This document shows positions 26,856 to 38,935 of a DNA stretch of 64,000 bases, one piece after another. Each line of letters opens with the position of its first letter. The stretch's first letter is position 1. The DNA lies in the NCBI GenBank assembly GCA_951406725.2, contig OX597838.1, positions 36,394,001-36,458,000 of the forward strand. Reading direction: 5' to 3'. Under the pieces are notes generated by a model. The model saw nothing but the letters and a program-made list of their open reading frames with translations, was not told the DNA's origin and ran no database searches. The DNA is from Octopus vulgaris. Its lineage: Eukaryota. Position numbers and translations under genes: made by a program.

Positions 26856-27446
26856 TATATATATATTCGTGAGTGTGTTTATTTGTGTTTGTGTGCATGT
26901 CTTAGTGTCTATGTTTATCTCTACCACCACCACCACCACTACCACCACTTGACAATTGGTATTTGTATGTTTACATCCTGATAACCTAGTGGTTCAGCAA
27001 AAGAGATCAATAGAGTAAGTAGCAGGCTTAAGAAAAACAAACAAACTCATTCCACTAAAATTTCTTCAAAGATGTGCCCCAGCATGGCCACAGTCTAATA
27101 ACTGAAACCAGTAGAATGCATATATATATATATATATAAATTCACTATATATATATATATATATATATATACAAAATATAAATTCACTACATATATATAT
27201 ATATATATATATATTCACTAGATACATCTTTTTCCAAATATATATGGTTTTATTTAATATACATATAGTTATATACATCTCATTTATTTACTTTTTCTTT
27301 CCTTTATACCTCCTCTTTCTATAGGCTATCTTTGACATTATATCCTCTAACGTTTTTTTGAAACAATCTTAATAGCATTCATTTAATCACTAAACATATT
27401 CATCATTTTCTGTTAAAATGTCTTATTGACGAGTTTCATTTCTTCA

Positions 27447-27531
27447 CTTCCCCGAAGAGAAGATTGCATTGTTTTATATCATTTTATTCCTTTGGAATAA
27501 TACCAGTGATATCTTCGAAACGTGTCGAAAT
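27447..27531 (+). ncRNA. Hammerhead motif with extended stem II; stem I degenerate
   Basis: CCGAAGA-gaagat...atcttc-GAAA-c(gt)g-TC, giving a GUC triplet. Confidence 0.55.
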
Positions 27532-27759
27532 TAAAAGAATTTGAATAACCCCTGCGTTTAACTCCATTTATTTATTTCTATATATTATACAAAATATTTC
27601 ACGTAAACCCGAAGCTTCTACCTTTAAAAACAGGGAGTTTTTACTTGTGTGATTTTTTGCTACCCTGGTAACTATTTATGTATTTTTTCCGTGTTAATTC
27701 TTAACAAGGGGAAAATACACACATCTATTTATATACACACACACATATATATATATGTC

Positions 27760-28080
27760 ATGACAAAGATGCTTTTCTTGGGCTATTCTTTTCCTTCTCT
27801 CTGGACTTTTTCCCTCTTAAACCTTCTCTGGGATTAATCTAATACACTCACCGTACTCACCCTTGATTATTGTTGTTTGCCCTGTGTGCGTGTGACCTCG
27901 TGTGTACTGTTGGCGATTTTTTTCCTCTGTCTTCCCTTCTCCTATGTTTCCGATGAAGAGCTCCACTCGAAACGTTAAACCCTCCTTCTTCCCTTCTTTC
28001 CTGAGCGTCCAATAATACTATATTTGTTCCACGTCCTCGCGTTGTTGTGTTTTTTAGTGTTTTCTTGTTTGGATTAACTT
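27760..28080 (+). mobile_element. Penelope-pLTR-like island with hammerhead (27946-27980)
   Basis: gttt-CCGATGA-a-gag(ctcca)ctc-GAAA-cg-TT-aaac; homologous to 18521-18725(-). Confidence 0.7.
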
Positions 28081-28164
28081 TATATATATATATATATTAT
28101 TGATAAAAATGGTAAGACAACAAAAGAATGAAAAAGACCTTGATATTATGTAAATAGAGGAATT

Positions 28165-28366
28165 TATCTGTAAATGTAATATGTGACAATTGTTCGGTAG
28201 CCATGATAAAACTCCGAGTTTTGGATGCTGAGGTGGAAATCCACTCCGCCATATTCCGATGGCCGGATAACTGAAGAGATGGCGGCATGGATTTCCACCT
28301 CAGCATCCAAAACTCGGAGTTTTATCATGGCTACCGAATAATTGTCACATGTTACATTTACGGATA
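28165..28366. repeat. ~88-bp-arm palindrome containing a hammerhead (28266-28326, +)
   Basis: Arms 28165-28252 and 28279-28366. Motif gataa-CTGAAGA-gatg...catcc-AAAA-ctc(g)gag-TT-ttatc. Confidence 0.8.
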
Positions 28367-28770
28367 TATATATATATATACACACATATATATATACATA
28401 TACATATTATCTACATTATTATTTGATTGAACGCCACGCATCCATTTCCAAGTATATATATATGTATATTAGTGTGTTTATATGAGTGAGTTTTTGTATA
28501 TATACATATGGATGTGTGTGTGTTTGTGTGAAAAAAATAAGGATGAGGCTTTAATGTTTAGCAATAATGATGTCAATATGTCTGGTGAAATTTTTGGATA
28601 AAAGAAGAATTATTTTGCAGACCTTAATTTGTCTGAAATGGTTAAAATCCTCAGAACCCTTCTACTAAAACTAATAAATTTACTCCATATAATGATTTCA
28701 ATATTTATTTTGTATATTTATATTTTTAACTGTTGTATATTTATGCTATTTTTCTTTTGTTTATTTGCAG

Positions 28771-28880
28771 GTGAGTCGCTTGTTATGGTTAAATTTTCTC
28801 CATCTTGGTGGATATTTGTTGTTTACCTGGTCTAATGGCAGGTCTCTCATCCTTGCATAAAACCCTTCTTCATTGCAGAA
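28771..28880 (+). other. Candidate non-coding or recursive-splicing exon (110 nt)
   Basis: Acceptor tttttcttttgtttatttgcag immediately followed by GTGAGT; downstream donor gaa|GTAAGT; stops in all three frames. Confidence 0.45.
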
Positions 28881-29063
28881 GTAAGTGAAATATCATCCTT
28901 CATGTTTTTGTATGGTCTTGATTCCTTTCTTTGATACCAGCAGACTAGACATTGTGCTAACCCTTTAAATATATCACGTGTGTGTGTGTGTGTGTGTGCG
29001 TGTGCTTATGTTTGTACTAAGCCCCTAAATATTTGATATCCATGTATGTTTGTATGTATCTGT

Positions 29064-29490
29064 GGAGGTGCGTGGCTTAGTGGTTAGGGTGTCAGCATCA
29101 TGATCGTAAAATTATGGTTTCGATTCCTGGACCAGGTGACGCATTGTGTTCTTGAGCAAAACACTTCCTTTCACGTTGCTCCAGTCCACTCAGCTGGCAA
29201 AAATGAGTAATGCTGTGATGGACTGGCGTCCCGTCCAACTGGGGAACACATACGCCATTGAAACATGGAAACCGGGCCCATGAGCCTGGCTAGGTTTTAA
29301 AAGGGCACAAGTGGAGGCACGTGGCTTAGTGGTTAGGGTGTCAGCATCATGATCATAAGATTGTGGTTTCGATTCCTGGACATTGTGCTCTTGAGCAAAA
29401 CACTTCATTTCACGTTGCTCTAATCCACTCAGCTGGCAAAAATGAGTAACGCTGTGATGGACTGGTATCCCGTCCAGCTGGGGAACACAT
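29064..29490 (+). mobile_element. Tandem pair of tRNA-derived SINE D (V-domain-like)
   Basis: Copies at 29064-29308 and 29313-29490, each with TGGCTTAGTGG and GTTTCGATTCC boxes and a GATGGACTGG..TCCCGTCCA domain. Confidence 0.82.
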
Positions 29491-29810
29491 AGCACATTAC
29501 ATAAAAGATGGCAGAATGTGGAGAGAAAGTTGAGGATGAATGGAGCCAGCTAGGCTCAGCCATCCAACCAGAATAAAAAGAAATGTCAGTCAACGGCAGT
29601 GGGTTTATGAGCCCAGGTAACTTTTACGTGATGTATGTAAATATTTATCTATGATTTTATTAATTTTTAAATTGAAATTTTTAAAAACCAAATCAGTTTT
29701 TAACCAGAATTTTTTTTTTTAAAAAGGAAAACATGACCTCTTTATGTTTTGTCTGTCCCCTCTTTGTTATGCCTAGTGTGGCAGATAAAGAAAAAATTTG
29801 TATATATATA

Positions 29811-30056
29811 TCACTTTGACCACTTTGACCGACCAGTCCGTTAGGCGTCCATTTGACACCGCTGGTCACAGCACGCTGTCCACTCCTCTCTGGATCGCAC
29901 CTTTCTCATCCATGCGATCCCAATCGTCCTCTTGAAATCGTCACTCCACCGTCGTGGAGGTCTTCCGGGTGGTGTTTTCCGCTCACGCGGGTACCACTCG
30001 GCAACTGCGTGCGTCCACCGATTATCGGTGAGCCGGGTGACGTGTCCAGCCCATCT
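29811..30056 (-). mobile_element. 3' end of an RTE-clade LINE
   Basis: Minus frame 30056-29841: RWAGHVTRLTDNRWTHAVAEWYPRERKTPPGRPPRRWSDDF..EEW..*, followed by a short tandem tail. Confidence 0.88.
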
Positions 30057-30136
30057 ATATAAACGTTAATTAATTTTGTAACAATTCCAGATTAGAGATT
30101 GTGTTATCTTTCTAAATATACCATATGGATCATATA

Positions 30137-30350
30137 TAAAGGTGTCCGGAAAAGTTCCTGGCTTTGGGTAAAAGAAAATTAATTATGATCTTAATTATGA
30201 TCTTATCCAACATATTCCCCTCTCAGATTCACACACTTATTGAAGCAGTCCTTTAGTTTTGCTAAGCCCTGTAAAAAACTTGGAAGGTTGAACCTCCAGC
30301 CAAGCTTTTTTCAACACCTTTAAAGCCAGGAACTTTTCAGCACCCCCTCA
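30137..30350. mobile_element. Mariner-type MITE
   Basis: Imperfect TIRs sharing GAAAAGTTCCTGGCTTT, with TA flanks. Confidence 0.7.
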
Positions 30351-30356
30351 TATGTA

Positions 30357-30415
<59 letters not shown>

Positions 30416-30495
30416 TAGAGAAAAACCACTATTATGCAATTCAAACATAGGCATAAACCAAATCATAAAGAAAAAATAAAATATATTATAAAATA

Positions 30496-30899
30496 GGCGC
30501 AGGAGTGGCTGTGTGGTAAGTAGATTGCTGACCAACCACATGGTTCCGGGTTCAGTCCCACTGCGTGGCATCTTGGGCAAGTGTCTTCTACTATAGCCCC
30601 GGGCTGACCAAAGCCTTGTGAGTGGATTTGGTAGACAGAAACTGAAAGAAGCCCGTCGTATATATGTATATATATATATGTGTGTGTGTGTTTGTGTGTC
30701 TGTGTTTGTCCCCCTAGCATTACTTAACAACCGATGCTGGTGTGTTTATGTCCCCGTCACTTAGCAGTTCGGCAAAAGAGACCGATAGAATAAGTACTGG
30801 GCTTACAAAGAATAAGTCCCGGGGTCGAGTTGCTCGATTAAAGGCGGTGCTCCAGCATGGCCTCAGTCAAATGAGTGAAACAAGTAAAAGAGTAAAAGA
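30496..30899 (+). mobile_element. SINE family A
   Basis: Full-length copy. Confidence 0.9.
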
Positions 30900-30998
30900 T
30901 AAATTACTGTTATCAATTGGTTCAATTAAAACCAGGGCGATGAACTGGCATGGCTGCAGCCTCAGAACAGAGACAGGTAGAAGATGAACATTAGAAAG

Positions 30999-31040
<42 letters not shown>

Positions 31041-31556
31041 TGAGAGAGAGAGAGAAAGTGAGAGAGAGAGAGAAGTATAGTCATGATGTAATTATGTTGC
31101 AGTCTTTATCTTTTGCTCTTAACTTGGAACTAATTATGTTTTATTAATTCATCTACAGTTTTTATTCTTGGTAAAATGGAATGTTATCTTGTTTAGAGAG
31201 TGAAACGCCAGTGCGAAAATGCTCTCTGCTGCCCTGGGGGTGAATCTTGGGGTGAATACCTGGCTTGCTGACTTTTATAACAAATACCTAGTAGGAGGAT
31301 GTGTGTGTGTGTGTTTCGGATAGATAGGTATGCTCTTATTCGCTTGTTTCAGTCATTTGACTGCGACCATACTGGAGCACCGTCTTTCATCGAGAAAATC
31401 GACTCCAGGACTTATTCTTTGTAAACCTAGTACTTGTTCTATCGGTCTATTTTGATGAACTGCTAAGTTACGGGCATGTAAAGGCACCAGCATCTGTTGT
31501 CAAGTGGTGTTGGGGAGACAAACACAGACACGAACACAGACACAAACACACACAAA

Positions 31557-31606
<50 letters not shown>

Positions 31607-33046
31607 CACAAGCAGACACACACAAACACACACACAAACACAAACACACAAACACACACACACACACACACACACACTGTGTATTTACAAGCGTTTTCAC
31701 TCTCATCCATTATTATATTATTTTATAAAGGATTTTTTTTTGGCGGGGGGGGAGGGATCATTATAAAGACTTCTTGCATCAGACCAATACATGTTTGAAG
31801 GGTTTTTGTTTCGGCTCTTATTAAACTAGGCTTTTGTGCTTCATGAACTGATAACGCCATGATGTATGGCCGGTAAAATCTTGTAAACTACTGACTCATG
31901 CAATCTTCTTTGCTTCAATAATTATCATATTTGTTGAAATGGATCGTCCTTACCTTCTCTGATACACAACCTGTTTCTATAGTTTATTTTCAAAATCTAG
32001 CTCTGTTTCACTTTATTTTTTGTTCCTGCGTCCCGGAAATTGCATTTATCATTTTTAATTATTTGCAATTTTTCTTCTTGATCGAATGAACCATGAATCA
32101 TTTTTTTTTTTCCCCCCTTTTCTCTGTTGGTTGAGGACCGAAATATCTTTTGGCTGATTTCTTTCTTTTTTTCTTTTTTCTTTTTGGTTGGGTGGTGGGG
32201 TAGGGTGTTTTTGCATAATTAATCACACATAATTTAGATTCTGCCTGTGTATGGCAGTCTCTTTTCTTAGACATCATAAAGAGGTGAAAATATAGTAAAA
32301 AAAAAAAATAAGGATACACACTAACAAACAAACAAACAAGCAAACTATTTTGCTCCCTATGCCTAAGATATGGTGCTTTGACTTTCGGTTACGCATCCAA
32401 CTTGACAGTAAGCACGTGCTAGACTACTGAATAACCAATAAAAATTGGAAAACCGATTAGGCAATTGCCAATGGTGAGTGCATTAAGCACTTTGATTGGT
32501 CAGCCACATTACACATTTGAAATACAAGGCAAGCTCTCAAAAACGATTTTTTATTTGTTAAGAATTTTAGGCCTGAAATTTTTCAAAAACTAGAATGGTC
32601 TTATTCCACTCCACATCTAACAACAATCGCTCTGTGTTTACAAGCTTTTTCACTCTCGTCCATTATGATATTATTTTATAAAATTTTTTTAGGGAGCATT
32701 ATAAAGAGTTGTGTTTTTATTAGAAAAAATAAAAAATAAACTACTATTATTATAAATAACACATTCAAATGAACTGTACTGTGCCTTGTTATTCAAATAC
32801 ATTTTCACCTCTTGTCCCATCTTTAACCATCAGCCACAGTCCTCTCACACTTTTATGAAAATACCCACACTTGCCTTTCCCTGACCCCAATCCACTGTCC
32901 GTATTATCTCTTTTAGCCACCTTCTTGTATCTTGTATCTCTGGCACTCTGTCACCATCATCACTATCTTTGTTCCAGCTACTCTCAGTTACAAATATCTT
33001 TGTTCCAGCTTCTTTCAATCGAATATGTAGAAGGTTAGCTATATAT

Positions 33047-33263
33047 GGCAGAATCGTTAGCACGCCGGGCGAAATGCTTAACGGCATTTCGTCTGCCGCT
33101 ACGTTCTGAGTTCAAATTCCACCGAGGTCGACTTTGCCTTTCATCCTTTTGGGGTCGATAAATTAAGTACCAGTTACGCACTGGGGTCAATGTAATCGAC
33201 TTAATACCTATGTCTGTCCTTGTTCGTCCCCTCTATGTTTAGCCCCTTGTGGGTAATAAAGAA
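33047..33263 (+). mobile_element. SINE B with 10-bp TSD
   Basis: TAGCTATATA at 33036-33045 and 33265-33274. Confidence 0.88.
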
Positions 33264-33696
33264 GTAGCTATATACCTCCTTTATAACTAGAGCACCTGTT
33301 CTTGTCCCTCTGCCATAATTTAGCCTTCAACATCTGGCATAATGCCACCTCCCTCTCCTCACTCTCTGTGATACCTCCCACTCAATTGAAAGGGCTTATT
33401 TTTTTCTTACTTTTCTTTTCCTCACAAGTTACTTGGCCTAACCCCTAGTGCTGGTGTCACAAGAAGAGCACCCATTATATGCTCAAACAGTAAAGTGGCC
33501 TTCATCAACCTGTGGGAACCATACCAAAGCCTAAACAGCTCATTGCATCCTATCAGACAATCCTGCTGATGCCAACATGGAAAACAAACATTATAGATAA
33601 TGATGATGGTTATATCGCTTGAAATCTCAAGCAACTTACAAAATCCATTTGTTTCTTTTAGTCCTTTGCTCCTTTCAGAAGTCTTCAGCAATTTAA

Positions 33697-33925
33697 GGCG
33701 GCAAGCTGACAGAATCGTTAACACGCTGAGCGAAATATTTAGTGGTATTTTGTCTGCTGCTACGTTCTGAGTTCAAATTCTGCCGAGGTCGACTTTGCCT
33801 CTTATCCTTTCAGGGCTGATTAATTAAGTACCAGTTATGCACTGGGGTCGATGTAATCAACTTAATCCCTATGTCTGTCCTTGTTTGTCCCCTCTATGTT
33901 TAGCTCTTGTGGGCAACAAATAAAT
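33697..33925 (+). mobile_element. SINE B with 16-bp TSD
   Basis: AAGTCTTCAGCAATTT at 33679-33694 and 33929-33944. Confidence 0.9.
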
Positions 33926-34335
33926 AATAAGTCTTCAGCAATTTTCTCTGATTCTTTAGTCATTTAATAAAATCTCTAAATAGGTCCACTGTGGATACCT
34001 TATATATTTTCAGTTGTCCTGTATTAATGTACTAAGAAGGGTGTTTTATACCCTGGTTGTGCTGAACAATATATCCCACATACAGTCATGGCTAAGATTT
34101 TGGAACATAGGTTTGAAAATTAAATTTTTTTTATTTTCGGTTTAGCATTTAAAGTGGCCATATCTGGACCAAATATTCTACTTGTTTTATATTGAAACTG
34201 ACCAGATCCAACCTCTTACACCTACCCTACCACGTTATTCTAAAAATAACCAATTCCACCATTGAAATCTCAGAGCTATGAGATAATGGAAGATTAATTC
34301 AAAACAATGAGAATAAATAAGCAATATATCTGATA

Positions 34336-34750
34336 GGCGCAGGAGTGGCTGTGTGGTAAGTAGCTTGTTTGCCAACCACATGGTTCTGGGTTCAGTCCCA
34401 CTGCATGGCACCTTGGGCAAGTGTCTTCTGCTATAGCCTCGGGCCGACCAAAGCCTTGTGAGTGGATTTGGTAGACAGAAACTGAAAGAAGCCCGTCATA
34501 TATATGTATATGTATATATATGCGTGTATGTGTTTGTGTATCTGTGTTTGTCCCCCTAGCATTGCTTGACAACCGATGCTGGTTTGTTTATGTCCCTGTT
34601 ACTTAGCGATTCAGCAAAAGAGACCGATAGAATAAGTACTGGGCTTACAAAAGAATAAGTCCCGGGGCCGAGTTGCTCGATTAAAGGCGGTGCTCCAGCA
34701 TGGCTGCAGTCAAATGACTGAAACAAGTAAAAGAGTAAAAGAGTAAAGAG
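34336..34750 (+). mobile_element. SINE A inserted in a piggyBac-type MITE
   Basis: MITE sequence at 34141-34333 resumes at 34752-34780. Confidence 0.85.
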
Positions 34751-35395
34751 TATAGAATAATCTGAATGGTAAAGGGTTGAACCAGCTACATCTGGCCTCA
34801 AATATTCTACCATTTTTATGTCCAAACTGACCAGCTCTAACCTGTTACACTTGCCCTACTATGCAATTCTAAAAATAAACTATCACACCATTGAAATCCC
34901 AAAACTATGAGATAATGCAGGATTAATTCAAAACAATGTGAATATATAAGTATTGCATTTGACAGATTAATTTGTATGTTAAATGGTTAAATGCTCAAAG
35001 TTATATTCAATTTGCAAAGTATTATAACTGAGCCAAAAGTTTGGGACTCAGGTCTGAAAATTAGAATTTTTATATTAAATGCCCAAATATATATATAAAA
35101 AATACCATTTGAGTGTGGCCATTGCCAGTACTGCCTGACTGGCCCTCATGCCGGTGGCACATAAAACCACCCACTACACTTTCGGAGTGGTTGGCCTAAC
35201 GGAAGGGCATCCAGCTGTAGAAACTCTGCCAGATCAGATTGGAGCCTGGTGCAGCCTCTGGTTCACCAGTCCTCAAACAAATCGCCCAACCCATGCTAGC
35301 ATGGAAAGTGGACGTTAAACTATGATGATGATGATGAAGATGACGATGATATTGTATGTATTTGAATTGAATTATTCTTGACCATAACAATTTAA

Positions 35396-35614
35396 CCCTT
35401 TAGTATTTAAACCGGCCATATCTGGCCAAAATATTTATATTGTTTTATGTTCAAACTGACCAGATCCAGGCCCTCACACCTACCCTATAATGTTATTCTA
35501 CATTAAGTCATTACACCATCAAGATCTTGAAGATATGAGATAATGCATGATTAATTAAAATCAATGGGAATCAATAGGCATTATGTTTGATAGAATAATC
35601 TGAACACTAAAGGG
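35396..35614. mobile_element. piggyBac-type MITE
   Basis: TTAA|CCCTTTAGT...ACTAAAGGG|TTAA. Related diverged copies at 34141-34780 and 34781-34989. Confidence 0.85.
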
Positions 35615-36107
35615 TTAAATAAAAAAGAAATGTTCGAAACTTTTGGCCATGACTGTAGATGAAGAATTAATAAATAGGTTTGCTTTCATTTCACGACATG
35701 CAAAGATTCTGTGCCACTTTACACCATATTTGGCAAAGGTTGTCAAAAAGATCTTTGGTCTAAGCTAAGCCTTGTGTAAAGGCTACGTCTGTATGAAAAA
35801 TAGTAAACTAGTCATAAGGATGGTTCTAGTAATGCACTTTGTTAATTTAACTATTATTAAGTTTATTATGACACTTATGTGTTTTAAAATATTTAAATGT
35901 TTTTGCTGGTTTCAAGTTGGTAATGGGAAATATTAAATGCTTGTTAATAATTAAGGTTTTGGCTCAAAGAATTTTGTATCACACAGTGTTGGAAGGGTTT
36001 ATATACATATATATATATATTATATTGTGTGAAATTTGATTTAGCATTTCTAAATTGAATTTTTTTCCTTGTAAGTTTGGATTTTATTCTCTCAAATAAT
36101 AATTATA

Positions 36108-36170
<63 letters not shown>

Positions 36171-36643
36171 CAAAAATCAAATCAAAATCGAAATCGATCA
36201 ACATCAATGGAATTCGTAGTTGTGGTACCAGTGCCGGTGGCACATAAGAGAACCATCCAAACGTGGCTGTAGCTAGCACCGCATTGACTGGCCTCCGTGC
36301 TGGTGGCACGTAACAAACACCATCCGATTGTGGCCGTTGCCAGCCTCGCCTGGCCTCCGTGCCGGTGGCACATAAAAAGCACCATCCGAGCATGGCCGTT
36401 CACCAGCCTCGTCTGGCACCTGTGTCGGTGGCACATAAAAAGCACCCACTACACTCACGGAGTGGTTGGCATTAGGAATGGCATCCAGCTGTAGAAACAC
36501 TGCCAGATCTGACTGGCCTGGTGCAGCCTTTGGGCTTCCCAGACCCCAGTTGAACTGTCCAACCCATGCTAGCATGGAAAGCGGACGTTAAACGATGATG
36601 ATGATGATTATTATTTTGAATTTGTGTGAATGTGTATAGAATG

Positions 36644-36858
36644 ATATATATCAGTTGAATAAAGTTAAAACATAGTCTGGTTTTCACGGTTTTTTTTTTT
36701 TTTGTTATTGTGTTTTAGCAAAATTAGTACTTTCATACATAGTGTACATTTAAAATCTGATGAGTACACTATGTATGAAATTGCTAATTTTGTTTAAATA
36801 CCATAATAAAAAATGTGAAAACTAGACTATGTTTTAACTTTAAATCAACTGATATATA
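36644..36858. repeat. ~100-bp-arm palindrome with hammerhead (36752-36791, +)
   Basis: aaaat-CTGATGA-gtac(actat)gtat-GAAA-ttgc-TA-atttt. The opposite arm preserves GAAA-gtac-TA. Confidence 0.8.
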
Positions 36859-36880
36859 TATATGTATATTTATCTATATA

Positions 36881-37408
36881 TCTATATATATAAAACTGTA
36901 GTTGTGTGAGTGTCTGTCCCCTTCGATTTAGATTCCTAACTCCTCCCACATTTTGCAGTGCAGTTTAACCAAATTCGGGTATCTTATAGTCGTGATTCAT
37001 ATCGAGCCCGTCTGGCTATTAGCGCGCGTCTACGATGAGTCTACGATTTTAAAAATTATTTAACATCATTTTTTATTCCATTTTAATGCACAATTTTTCG
37101 TGTGTCGATGGCGGCGGAGTTGGCGTCCACGCTCAAACACCTGCACCTGTGTTTGCTTCTCCCCTCCCTCGTGAAGCTGTGGGGAAGGGAGTATAAGGAA
37201 ATCAACGTCGTAAAGCGTTGTCAAGGAGACCAGCGTTCTTTTAGAACAACGACTTCATGGCTTGAAGACACTGAGTCATCGATTTAAAAAAAAAAATTAT
37301 CATCATTTTTTATTCCATTTTTAATGCATTTTTTTGCTATAACTCTCTAAAAATGCTTATATAGTTATTTCCCTTACAAGCCCGAGCAACGCCGGGCGAT
37401 ACTGCTAG
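36881..37408 (+). mobile_element. Non-autonomous Helitron
   Basis: A|TC start, hairpin GCCCGAGC-AAC-GCCGGGC at 37380-37397, CTAG|T end, no TSD. Confidence 0.88.
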
Positions 37409-37421
37409 TATATATATATAT

Positions 37422-37697
37422 ATCAAAAATAAGCAACAAGAATGGATCCGGTAATTTAGTACAATTGTTTCATACTATAACGTTTTATTAAAAGTTGTAA
37501 ATATATCTGCTGTAATATTTACTGTTTTTAATTAAATGTTATAGTATGAAACAATTGTACTAAATTACTGGATCCATTCTTGTTGCTTATTTTTGATTAT
37601 AATCACCCCGCATATTTTTATGGGTAACACCATAAAAAATTCTGGTGCATCTAAATTAAGTACCATATTCATTTGAATCTAAATTGTTTGCTGAACT

Positions 37698-37700
<3 letters not shown>
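37422..37700. repeat. Palindrome (37422-37597) plus tail, (TA)n-embedded
   Basis: Near-perfect ~80-bp inverted arms; the tail is homologous to 10430-10550. Confidence 0.8.
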
Positions 37701-37758
<58 letters not shown>

Positions 37759-38278
37759 ATACATATAAGAGGGATGACCTCAGTGTGGACAACCCTTATG
37801 CTACAAGTAGATCCGCTGTGGTCTTACCACTAAGAAATGTTCTCAAGAAAATTCAGCAAACGTCCGGACGTAATCGAGCAAGACAAATGAGAAATAACAA
37901 AAATATAGATTAATCATGAACATGTTTTGCTATCAACATTTACATAGTTTTACTTGTGCAATTTGTCCATAGCTCCTCAGCACGATCTTCTTTGCAAGTA
38001 TAATTTGCAGAACTATACACAAGACGTCCGCTTGAGATTGGACATGTATACAGTTCGACTATTTACACTTGGAGTTATTTTTCAAAAGTCCTCGTTTTTG
38101 GTGTACTTAAATACCAGAAATAATTCTGCAGAAAATAATTCTGCAGTGAGTTATGCTGGTTAGAGAACATATGGATTTTAAATTTAAATTTAAAATGAGG
38201 GTGAAAAATTGAATATTAATTTGATTAATATCAATTCAAAGCCAGTGGTCTATGTATGTATGCATGTGTGTGTAGACA

Positions 38279-38751
38279 TGCATAAGATCTGGTCATCAAA
38301 TCTAAGTAGAGACTTCAAACTTGAAATCTTCAAAGCCACAGTCGAACCAATTCTACTATATGGCTCAGAAACCTGGACGTTATCAAAGAAGCTTGAGAGG
38401 CGGTTCGATGGAACCTACACTCGCCTCCTTATGAGAGCTCTCTCGTGGAAGCACCATCCAACCAAAGTACAAATGCATGGGAAACTACCACCTGTGTCAT
38501 CTCTTGTGAAAGGCAGGAGAGTTCAGTTTGCTGGACATTGTCGTAGAGCTGAAAAGGAGGCAATTTTTACTCTTCTCCTCTGGAAGCCATCTACTCGCAA
38601 TACCAGAGGTTGCACACTCTCCTACCCTGATGTAATCTCCATGGATACAGGCATCCAGCAACAGGACCTCCGTAATGCCATGATGGACCGTGAAGTCTGG
38701 CGCAGCATGGTAAATTCCGTTGTCTCGACCACTGTCGAACAATGATGATGA
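38279..38751 (+). mobile_element. 5'-truncated RTE-clade LINE
   Basis: KIWSSNLSRDFKLEIFKATVEPILLYGSETWTL..RRVQFAGHC..DREVW, then a (TGA)n tail. 12-bp TSD TGTGTGTAGACA at 38267-38278 and 38752-38763. Confidence 0.92.
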
Positions 38752-38789
38752 TGTGTGTAGACAGCTCCATAAAGAATTGCTGATCACAC

Positions 38790-38935
38790 AAAGTGGATGG
38801 AACTTGTAGCAGAGGGAGACCCTAGGAAATCATGGAATGAAGTCCTGAAGAATGATCTTTGGATACTGAACCTTATGGAAGAGATGACAAAACACCAAGG
38901 TATTTGGGGCTTTGCTGTCCTCAAGAAGACACATC
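38790..38935 (+). mobile_element. Old RTE-like 3' fragment
   Basis: VDGTCSRGRP/RKSWNEVLKNDL..EMTK..W with a frameshift. Confidence 0.55.

Noticed and set aside
37770-38170. Complex sequence that might be a decayed coding fragment
   Set aside because: Stops in every frame I read and no recognisable motif.
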